A program made the translations under genes and the position numbers. A stretch of 45,379 nucleotides of DNA from NCBI GenBank assembly GCA_035576205.1, contig DATLWR010000084.1, forward strand, positions 1-45,379. The letters are read 5' to 3'. Every line of letters begins with the position of its first letter. The stretch's first letter is position 1. Of this stretch, positions 28,708 through 35,630 are shown in pieces. The notes beneath the pieces are model-generated. The model was not told where the DNA came from. It searched no databases and worked only from the letters and a program-made list of their open reading frames with translations. The DNA comes from Mariprofundaceae bacterium. Lineage in GTDB: Bacteria > Pseudomonadota > Zetaproteobacteria > Mariprofundales > Mariprofundaceae.

Positions 28708-29474
28708 AGCCGGTAAATCCCTACGGCTGCTGGACGCTGTTCGTCCGCGAGGTACGCCGTTTCCTGCGCGTCAATATGCAGACGGTGGTCGCACCGGCGC
28801 TCACCGCGGTGCTTTACGTCATCGTTTTCCGCTATGCCATGGGAGATAGGCAGGTGCCCGGATTGCCGGTCAACTATTTCACCTTCCTGATTCCGGGGCT
28901 GGTAATGATGTCGATGCTGCAAAATGCTTTCGCCAACACCTCCAGCTCGATCATGACCGGCAAGGTGATGAATGTGCACATCTACCTGCTGATGGCGCCG
29001 TTGTCGGCCATCGAGACGGTGGCGGCTTTCCTGCTCGCAGCGGTGGTGCGCGCCGTGATCGTCGGACTGGTACTGCTCCTGGTGCTCTATCCCTTTGCCG
29101 ATCTGCACCTGGCGCATCTGTGGATGATCCTGCTCTACGGTGTCTGCGGCAGCCTGATCATGGGAGCGATGGGGCTTATCGGCGGCATGTGGTCGAAAAA
29201 GTTCGACGACATGGCGCTGTTGAGCAACTTCGTGATTCTGCCTCTGACCTTTCTCTCCGGCGTCTTTTATTCGGTGCAGCAATTGCCGGCACTTTGGCAG
29301 CATATCAACACATTCAATCCGTTCTTCTACCTGATCGACGGCTTCCGTTTCGGTTTCCTGGGGGTGGGCGACACCGACCCGGCGACAGCCGCCGGGATCG
29401 TAATTGCCGCCACCGTCGTTTCGATGCTTCTCTGCTGGCGACTGTGGTATATCGGCTGGAAACTAAAGGAGTAG
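28704..29474 (+). CDS. ABC-2 type transporter permease (YadH-like)
   Basis: 256 aa with about 6 hydrophobic segments. ATGA overlap with the ATPase gene. Confidence 0.88.
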   Translation: MKPVNPYGCWTLFVREVRRFLRVNMQTVVAPALTAVLYVIVFRYAMGDRQVPGLPVNYFTFLIPGLVMMSMLQNAFANTSSSIMTGKVMNVHIYLLMAPLSAIETVAAFLLAAVVRAVIVGLVLLLVLYPFADLHLAHLWMILLYGVCGSLIMGAMGLIGGMWSKKFDDMALLSNFVILPLTFLSGVFYSVQQLPALWQHINTFNPFFYLIDGFRFGFLGVGDTDPATAAGIVIAATVVSMLLCWRLWYIGWKLKE

Positions 29475-29566
29475 GTGCGCATCGGTTGCGGATGAACCGG
29501 AAATGCGGAGTGTTCATTTCACCGGCGTCTGCGTTTACATTTGCCGTCAAAGTTCCGGAGTAGCGT

Positions 29567-30106
29567 GTGAAACAGACAACCGAACCGCCCATTGATCGTA
29601 TTATTCTGATCGGCCTGATGGGGGCGGGCAAAAGCAGCATTGGTCGACGACTTTCGGATGTGCTCGATATGCCACTGGTTGATCTCGACGACTATATTGT
29701 CGAAAAGGCCGGCATGAGTATTCCCGCGATTTTCGAGCGTCTTGGAGAAGCGGAATTCCGCCGTCTGGAGAGCGAGGCATTACGGGAAGTTGTCGGCAGG
29801 CGGGCGGTGATCGCCACCGGCGGAGGCATCGTCATGGCCGAGGAGAACCGGGAACTCTTGAAAAAATATCCACCGGTGATCTGGTTGAAGGCTTCACCCG
29901 AGTTTCTCGCCGCACGCATCGATGGCGACAACAATCGGCCGCTGATCGCTGCCGGTGATACATTGAACAAGCTTAAGATCCTGGCCGAACAGCGTTATCC
30001 ACTTTACGAGGCGTGCGCCAACCTGGTTGTGCCGCGGGAATTTCTGAAGAAAAAAGAGATCGTGCAGATGATTCTGCGCTTTCTTTCCAGCCGGAAGGGT
30101 TCGTGA
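29567..30106 (+). CDS. aroK: Shikimate kinase
   Basis: 179 aa, GTG start. P-loop ILIGLMGAGKSSIGRRL, then DLD and GGGIV motifs. Confidence 0.85.
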   Translation: MKQTTEPPIDRIILIGLMGAGKSSIGRRLSDVLDMPLVDLDDYIVEKAGMSIPAIFERLGEAEFRRLESEALREVVGRRAVIATGGGIVMAEENRELLKKYPPVIWLKASPEFLAARIDGDNNRPLIAAGDTLNKLKILAEQRYPLYEACANLVVPREFLKKKEIVQMILRFLSSRKGS

Positions 30107-30735
30107 AAAAGAGCAAGGCAGGCCGCAAGACATCGGCCTGGTTCCAGCGGCACGCCAACGATGCGCATGTGAAGCAGGCGCAGAAGGAGGGCAAGCGCTC
30201 GCGCGCCGCCTTCAAGTTGACCGAGATTCTCGACAAGCATGGTTTGATGCTGAAGCCCGATTCCGTGGTGGTCGATCTGGGCTGTGCGCCGGGCTCATGG
30301 AGTGCCGAGATCGCCAACCGCGTTGGTCCGGAGGGGCTGGTGGTCGGTATCGATCTCCTGGAGCTGCAGCCGATCCGCGGCGTTCACCTGATCCAGGCAG
30401 ATTTCGATTCGCCCAAGGGGTTAAAGGCGATCGATGCCGTGCTCGGCGAGCGCAAGGCCAATCTGGTGCTCTCCGACATGGCACCGGAGATGAGCGGCAA
30501 CAAGCTGGTCGACCAGGCGCGCATGATGCACCTGAACGACATGACGCTGAACTTTGCCGTCAATCATTTGCGGCAGGGCGGCCATCTGCTGCTGAAATCA
30601 TTTATGGGCGACGGCTTCGATGCCTTCCGCAAGGAGCTTGCCGGCTGGTTCGCCAAGGTGAAGATCGTCAAACCGGCGGCGAGCCGTAAAACCTCCGCCG
30701 AGATGTTCCTGCTTGCGGAAGGGTTCCGCGGCTAG
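30103..30735 (+). CDS. rlmE: 23S rRNA (uridine2552-2'-O)-methyltransferase RlmE/FtsJ
   Basis: ORF 30013..30735. GTG 30103 (VKKSKAGRKTSAWFQRHANDAHVKQAQKEGKRSRAAFKLTEI) overlaps the aroK stop as GTGA and matches the usual RlmE N-terminus. SAM motif VVDLGCAPGSWS, then VLSDMAP. Confidence 0.85.
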   Translation: MKKSKAGRKTSAWFQRHANDAHVKQAQKEGKRSRAAFKLTEILDKHGLMLKPDSVVVDLGCAPGSWSAEIANRVGPEGLVVGIDLLELQPIRGVHLIQADFDSPKGLKAIDAVLGERKANLVLSDMAPEMSGNKLVDQARMMHLNDMTLNFAVNHLRQGGHLLLKSFMGDGFDAFRKELAGWFAKVKIVKPAASRKTSAEMFLLAEGFRG

Positions 30736-31208
30736 TTGTCGGCTGTGCCGCCATTCGTTTTGCGGCGGTTTCTGAAAAATGCCTTTAGTTTCTCACCACA
30801 TTCGTCGGCCAGTACGCCGCCGGTCACCGCCGGCTGGTGGTTGAGCCGCTTGTCGGCGAGCACGGTGTAGAGTGATTCGACAGCCCCCGTCTTCGGATCG
30901 GTGGCACCGTAGACGACGCGTCCGATGCGGGCATGCACGATAGCGCCGGCGCACATGAAGCAGGGTTCCAGCGTCACGTAGAGGGTGCTGCCTGCGAGGC
31001 GGTAGTTGGCGGTTGCCTCACAGGCCATGCGAATCACCTGCATTTCGGCGTGTGCCGAGGCGTCATGCATGGTGATCGGCGCATTGTGGGCGGCGAAGCT
31101 GCGACCGTCAGCGAGCAACAGCACGGCGCCGACCGGGACTTCGCCATTTTCCGCCGCAATTGCAGCTTGTTGCAGCGCTATCTTCATGTATTGGATATCG
31201 TCACTCAT
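30732..31208 (-). CDS. tadA: tRNA adenosine(34) deaminase
   Basis: 158 aa. CDA zinc motifs HAEMQVI and PCFMCAGAI. ATGA overlap with the upstream permease gene. Confidence 0.9.
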   Translation of the reverse strand: MSDDIQYMKIALQQAAIAAENGEVPVGAVLLLADGRSFAAHNAPITMHDASAHAEMQVIRMACEATANYRLAGSTLYVTLEPCFMCAGAIVHARIGRVVYGATDPKTGAVESLYTVLADKRLNHQPAVTGGVLADECGEKLKAFFRNRRKTNGGTADN

Positions 31209-32020
31209 CGCTGCAATTTCGGATCAAAGAGGTCGCGCAAGCCTTCGCCGAGCAGGTTATAGCCGAGCACGGTGATGAGGATCGCGAGTCCCGGATAGAG
31301 GGACAGCCACCAGGCAAGCTGAATGTTGTCCTTGCCGTCGGTGAGGATGTTGCCCCAGGAGGGATTAGGTGGCTGCACGCCGAGGCCCAGGAAGGAGAGG
31401 CCGGATTCCACCAGTACGGCACCCGCGACGCCCAGTACAGCCGAGACAAGGATCGGCCCCATCGCGTTCGGCAGCAGGTAACGGCTGATCAGCCGGAAGG
31501 TGGGGACGCCGAGACCGCGGGCGGCTAACACGAATTCGCGCTCCCTGAGGCTGAGAAATTCGGCACGTACCAGCCTCGCCACACCCATCCAGGAGGTCAG
31601 ACCGATGACGATCATGATGTTCCAGATGGAAGGTGCGAGGAATGCGATCACGGCCAGGATCAGGAAAAAGGTGGGAAAGCAGAGCACCATGTCGGTGACA
31701 CGCATGATGACGGCATCGACCCGGTTGCCATAGAAACCGGCCAAAGCGCCCAGGATGACGCCGATGGCGATGGCGATGCCGACGGCGATGAAGCCGACGG
31801 CCAGCGATACTCGGGCACCAAACAGCATGCGCGAGAAGACATCCCGGCCCAGCGTGTCGGTGCCGCACAGATGCTCCAGCGACGGCGGCAGCAGGATGGC
31901 ATGGACGTCGATAGCGGTGGGGTCATAGGGGGCGATCCAGGGCGCCAGAATCGCCAGCAGCGCCACGCCGGCGACGATGCTAAGCCCGGCCAGGGCGAGC
32001 GGATGTTTCGCAAGACTCAT
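31205..32020 (-). CDS. Peptide/nickel-type ABC transporter permease (DppC/OppC-like)
   Basis: Track ORF is 31205..32695. The credible protein starts at ATG 32020 (MSLAKHPLALAGLSIVAGVALLAILAPWIAPYDP), which overlaps the upstream permease stop (ATGA). BPD-transporter EAA region REREFVLAARGLGVPTFRLISRYLLPN. Confidence 0.85.
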   Translation of the reverse strand: MSLAKHPLALAGLSIVAGVALLAILAPWIAPYDPTAIDVHAILLPPSLEHLCGTDTLGRDVFSRMLFGARVSLAVGFIAVGIAIAIGVILGALAGFYGNRVDAVIMRVTDMVLCFPTFFLILAVIAFLAPSIWNIMIVIGLTSWMGVARLVRAEFLSLREREFVLAARGLGVPTFRLISRYLLPNAMGPILVSAVLGVAGAVLVESGLSFLGLGVQPPNPSWGNILTDGKDNIQLAWWLSLYPGLAILITVLGYNLLGEGLRDLFDPKLQR

Positions 32021-33000
32021 GATTTCCTGCCGTGGCGGATACGCGGATCGGCCCACGCGTAGGCGAGATCGGCGATGAGGTTGCCGAGCAGCGTCAGCAC
32101 GGCGCCGATGACGGTAATGCCCATGACCAGCGGATAATCGCGCGCCATGACCGCTTCGTAGAACAGGAGTCCCATGCCGGGGATGGAGAACAGCTGCTCG
32201 ACGATCACCGAACCGCCGATCAGTCCCGGGATGGAGAGGCCCAGCAGCGTGATGATGGCCAGCATGGCATTCTTCAGTGCCAGCCGGTAGCGGATGGAAG
32301 TTTCCGGCACGCCCATGGCACGGGCGGTGGTGATGTAGTCGGCACGGATCACCTCCAGCATGCCGCTGCGCATGAAGCGGCTCATGCCGGCGAGCCCCCC
32401 GATCGCCGATACGAATACCGGCAGGAGCAGGTGCTGGAGAAGATCGGCCTGCTGATCCCAGAAATCCAGTCTTTGCCAGCCGAAACTGTGCATGCCGGAG
32501 ATCGGCAGCCAGTTGTGGTTGACGCCGAGACCGATCATCAGCAATAGCCCCAGCCAGAAGGAGGGGATTGCGAAGCCGATGAAGACGAGAACGGTCATGA
32601 CGCGGTCGAACAGCGAGTCGCGACGCACGGCGGAGGCGACGCCGATCGGGATGGCGACGGCCAGGGTCAGCAGCAGGGCCAAAATGTTGATCCACAGTGT
32701 GACCGGAATGCGTTCGCGGATCTTGTCGAGCACCGGCCGGTGGTCGGCCGAGAAGGATTCGCCGAAATCGAGTTTTGCCAGGCGCTCAAGCCACTGCCAG
32801 TACTGCACGTAAAGAGGCTTATCGAGACCATAATAGGCTCGCAGTCGCTCGATGTCCGAAGCCTGCACCTTCGGATTGAATTCCTGCCCGATGATCGCCG
32901 GGCTGCCGGGGGCCAGATGCATCATGCCGAATGAAATGATGGTGATGCCAAGCATCAGCGGCAGCATGCCGGCAAGGCGTTTCCCGAGATAGGCGAGCAT
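32017..33000 (-). CDS. Peptide/nickel-type ABC transporter permease (DppB/OppB-like)
   Basis: 327 aa. MLAYLGKRLAGMLPLMLGITIISFGMMHLAPGSP N-terminus is typical of DppB/OppB. EAA region ADYITTARAMGVPETSIRYRLALKNA. AGGA RBS. Confidence 0.85.
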   Translation of the reverse strand: MLAYLGKRLAGMLPLMLGITIISFGMMHLAPGSPAIIGQEFNPKVQASDIERLRAYYGLDKPLYVQYWQWLERLAKLDFGESFSADHRPVLDKIRERIPVTLWINILALLLTLAVAIPIGVASAVRRDSLFDRVMTVLVFIGFAIPSFWLGLLLMIGLGVNHNWLPISGMHSFGWQRLDFWDQQADLLQHLLLPVFVSAIGGLAGMSRFMRSGMLEVIRADYITTARAMGVPETSIRYRLALKNAMLAIITLLGLSIPGLIGGSVIVEQLFSIPGMGLLFYEAVMARDYPLVMGITVIGAVLTLLGNLIADLAYAWADPRIRHGRKS

Positions 33001-33062
33001 GCACGTATCCTAATCGGAAAGTGCGGGATTTCATCAGGGCAATTCTGTCGCCGTTGTGCCGC

Positions 33063-33113
33063 TTGACAAAGCCCGAGCCGCCGCGAAAGTTGCCAATGTC
33101 TTGTCAGACATTG
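33063..33113 (+). promoter_or_regulatory. Candidate promoter -35 element plus operator-like palindrome upstream of the 33133 ORF
   Basis: Perfect TTGACA at 33063-33068, with only a weak -10 candidate around 33085-33091. Perfect 8 bp inverted repeat CAATGTCT-tgtc-AGACATTG at 33094-33113, just upstream of the GAGGGAGGG RBS. Confidence 0.3.
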
Positions 33114-33132
33114 CCGAGGGAGGGAACTCGAC

Positions 33133-33438
33133 GTGAAACCATCATTTTTCCCGATTGTCATTGTTGCCGGGATCGTTGCTGCATCCGCTCCGGCTGCTCC
33201 CATGTTGTTGTCGTCTGGCTGGGTCGCACCGGTCGTGGCGGCAGAGGGGGAGGGTAATATGGAAAAGGTCCACCTGATCCTCAAAAAATTGCGCGACGCG
33301 ATGGCCAGCATGAAGGATCTCGATGAGCTGGAGTCGGCCGGCATGCCGAAGTCGGATGTCGATCGCATGCGCAGTGCCATGCAGAACAAGATCAACCAGA
33401 TGATGACCGATGCCATGAATGATATTCGGGCACTTTGA
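33133..33438 (+). CDS. Hypothetical small exported/membrane-anchored Met-rich protein
   Basis: 101 aa. GTG start about 9 nt after the GAGGGAGGG RBS. Hydrophobic N-terminus (FFPIVIVAGIVAASAPAAPMLL). The predicted helical C-terminal half has 9 Met in the last 59 residues. I recognise no family. Confidence 0.45.
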   Translation: MKPSFFPIVIVAGIVAASAPAAPMLLSSGWVAPVVAAEGEGNMEKVHLILKKLRDAMASMKDLDELESAGMPKSDVDRMRSAMQNKINQMMTDAMNDIRAL

Positions 33439-33484
33439 TTCGGTTTGTGTTTAATTGATTTGTAATTAATCGAGGAGGGGGAAT

Positions 33485-34000
33485 ATGAAAAAAAGGATCG
33501 CATGGCTGTTGATCGCAACGGGAGGCTTGCTGGCGGCTTCCTCGGCGTTTGCCGATGAGACAAGACATCTGAATTTCGCGGCTTTCCAGAAGGTGAAAAA
33601 GGATTTCACATTTGATCCGATCGTGGTCGGCAAGTTCAGCGACTTCATTTCGGCCATGGATGGGGCGCAGGTACTTATCCTGTCGCACACCTCGGATTCG
33701 GTGGACGGTGATGTCATCAATATCCAGCAGGACGTCCTGCGCCAGGATGGCCAGAATCTCGGCGACTACGGCATTAACTGCCAGCTGAGTTTCAAGGACG
33801 AAAGCACGAAGGCCAATACCTCGTATGCCGTGGGCGGCTTGTGCAATATCCTGCGTGTCGGCAATGGCCAGAACATGAAGCTCAAGGCGATTATTCCGCC
33901 TGCCAGCTTGCCGGACACAACGCAGGGCGTGGAAGCCTGGGTCGAGCTCTACGAAGATGACGCGACCGGTATCGCCTTTTACGCCAATGTCAGCCACTAA
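33485..34000 (+). CDS. Hypothetical secreted protein
   Basis: 171 aa. GAGGAGGGGG RBS. Classic signal peptide MKKRIAWLLIATGGLLAASSAFA/DE. Two Cys in the mature part. Its own terminator follows. I recognise no family. Confidence 0.65.
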   Translation: MKKRIAWLLIATGGLLAASSAFADETRHLNFAAFQKVKKDFTFDPIVVGKFSDFISAMDGAQVLILSHTSDSVDGDVINIQQDVLRQDGQNLGDYGINCQLSFKDESTKANTSYAVGGLCNILRVGNGQNMKLKAIIPPASLPDTTQGVEAWVELYEDDATGIAFYANVSH

Positions 34001-34020
34001 TATTTCGCGGTTGGTTGAAG

Positions 34021-34049
34021 ACGGGCGGCTGCGGCCGCCCGTTTTTTTT
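34021..34049 (+). terminator. Rho-independent terminator after the 33485 ORF
   Basis: Stem GGGCGGC (34023-34029) pairs with GCCGCCC (34034-34040), loop TGCG, flanking A/T and C/G pairs, then T8 (34042-34049). Confidence 0.8.
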
Positions 34050-34067
34050 GTGGCCTAAGCTACAGGC

Positions 34068-35228
34068 ATGTCATGCCGGAACATCGCCCGGATCGCAGTC
34101 GTGCTTGGCAGTCTGCCATGGATGTGGCCCGGGAGCGCTGTTGCCGACCCTGTCGAGAAAGTGACGCCTGCGCCGGCGGCGCAGGGGGTACAGGTCGAAG
34201 CCGCTTATTTCGGCGATATCGTGCGAAATCTCGATCCCGGCATCGTTGCGGCCGATCGCAAGACGGTATATCAGGGACTGCTCGATCTGGGCTTCACCGT
34301 TCATACCGGCGATGCAGGCTGGTGGCGCGGCGGTACGTTCCATGTGCATGCCATCAATACGCATGGTGGGCAGCCCAGCGCCAGCCATATCGGCGATGTG
34401 CAGTTTGCGAGCAATATCGAGGCGGCACCCCACACACTGCTCTATGAGGCCTGGTATGAGCAGGCGTTTGCTGATGGAGAAGTCTCTCTGCGGGCCGGAT
34501 TGTATGACCTTAACTCGGAATTCTATGTGTCAGATTATGCATCGCTTTTCCTGAATTCGTCATTTGGCGTGGGGGGCGAAATCTCGGCCAATGTTCCCGC
34601 CTCCATTTTCCCGCGGCCGGGGCTGGGAATCCGCTTGCGTATCCAAGCCAACCAGCAGGTTTATATCGCGGCGGCCAGTTGCGACGGCGATCCGGCCACA
34701 CGAAAGCTGTCGAAGGCGGAAGGGCGCATGGATATCGCCGAGGCGGGGTTCCGCTACGCTGTGGACGCATCCCGGCCGGGTATGTTCAAAGTCGGCGTCT
34801 GGCAGCATACCGCACTTCAGCCGCAGCCGTTCGGTAGCCGTCTGTTCAGTCGCGACTACGGCAGTTATGCCCAGCTCGAGCAGCGGTTGACGAACTGGGA
34901 GGGCGGCCGCTTCGGTGCCTTTCTGCGTTATGGCATCGTTCCCGGCGACCGCAATGCCGTAAGCTCCGATCTTGCGGCTGGCCTGAATCTGGCCGGAATC
35001 ATGACCGGTCGGCCGGATGATACGCTCGGACTCGCCATGACCCGGGTCGACAATCTCTACGCGCCCGGCAGGCGAGGCTTCGAAACCACCTGGGAGCTGA
35101 CCTATCGGCTGGCTGTGGGCAAATATCTGAGCCTGCAGCCAGACTATCAATGGATCCATCATCCGCAGGGGAATCCCGCCAATCATGATATCCGTGTGCT
35201 CCTCGGCCGCTTGATCCTTGAACTTTAG
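34068..35228 (+). CDS. OprB-family (carbohydrate-selective-type) porin
   Basis: 386 aa. N-terminal signal-like segment. The segments YFGDIVRNL, GTFHVHAINTHGG and LYEAWYEQAFADGEVSLRAGLYDLNSEFYVSDYASLFLNSSFG resemble the OprB family as I recall it. Alternating beta-strand pattern towards the C-terminus. No SD-like motif was identified upstream of the ATG. Confidence 0.65.
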   Translation: MSCRNIARIAVVLGSLPWMWPGSAVADPVEKVTPAPAAQGVQVEAAYFGDIVRNLDPGIVAADRKTVYQGLLDLGFTVHTGDAGWWRGGTFHVHAINTHGGQPSASHIGDVQFASNIEAAPHTLLYEAWYEQAFADGEVSLRAGLYDLNSEFYVSDYASLFLNSSFGVGGEISANVPASIFPRPGLGIRLRIQANQQVYIAAASCDGDPATRKLSKAEGRMDIAEAGFRYAVDASRPGMFKVGVWQHTALQPQPFGSRLFSRDYGSYAQLEQRLTNWEGGRFGAFLRYGIVPGDRNAVSSDLAAGLNLAGIMTGRPDDTLGLAMTRVDNLYAPGRRGFETTWELTYRLAVGKYLSLQPDYQWIHHPQGNPANHDIRVLLGRLILEL

Positions 35229-35253
35229 GCGGTAGACAGGAAGGATCGCAGCC

Positions 35254-35550
35254 ATGCATTCCCGGCCCGCCACTCTCCTGCAACGCCTGCGTTTCACCGT
35301 GGGCATGTTGGCCATGGTTGTCGCCATGTGGGCGGCCATCGATATGCATTCCCACGAGACCGGACTGCATGCCCCGGTCGTCTGTAACGTCTGCGCACTG
35401 GAAAAGGCAACCGGTAGCGGTTTTGCTCCAGCCCAGGCTATTGCGGCTGAAGCCGCCATCGCAGCCGGCGACGTCCGCTTGCCGGAACAGCGGATGCATA
35501 CCGTTGCCTGCCGTCACCGTGCGCCCATCCGCGCACCGCCTCTCGTTTAA
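35254..35550 (+). CDS. Hypothetical small membrane protein with CxxC motif (possibly DUF2946-like)
   Basis: 98 aa. AGGAAGGA RBS. One TM segment (FTVGMLAMVVAMWAAI), then HSHETGLHAPVVCNVCALE, and a C-terminal ...RAPPLV. The architecture resembles small DUF2946-type proteins found beside copper/metal outer-membrane uptake genes. This assignment is from memory only. Confidence 0.4.
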   Translation: MHSRPATLLQRLRFTVGMLAMVVAMWAAIDMHSHETGLHAPVVCNVCALEKATGSGFAPAQAIAAEAAIAAGDVRLPEQRMHTVACRHRAPIRAPPLV

Positions 35551-35630
35551 GACTCCAGCCAGTCCCATTCCTTAACTGCTGTCCCGATGCCTGCAGCCAT
35601 GCTGCGGGCTGAACCCATCTGGAGGATTCG

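Noticed and set aside
30013-30102. Upstream extension of rlmE (track ORF start 30013), which overlaps aroK by 94 nt.
   Set aside because: GTG 30103 reproduces the conserved RlmE N-terminus and forms a GTGA junction with aroK. The extension has no homology-like features.
32021-32695. N-terminal 225-codon extension of the 496 aa track ORF (31205-32695), which would make a giant DppC-like protein.
   Set aside because: - The extension overlaps the DppB-like gene in another frame.
- It is Arg/Pro/His-rich nonsense.
- ATG 32020 gives a canonical DppC N-terminus and a 4 nt ATGA coupling with the upstream gene.
32955-33997. Minus-strand ORFs 32955-33563 (202 aa) and 33392-33997 (201 aa) as alternatives to the two small + strand genes.
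   Set aside because: The + strand ORFs have strong SD sequences. ORF 33485 has a signal peptide and ORF 33133 has a hydrophobic N-terminus. A + strand intrinsic terminator follows at 34021-34049. The minus-strand translations are low-complexity and lack any start context.
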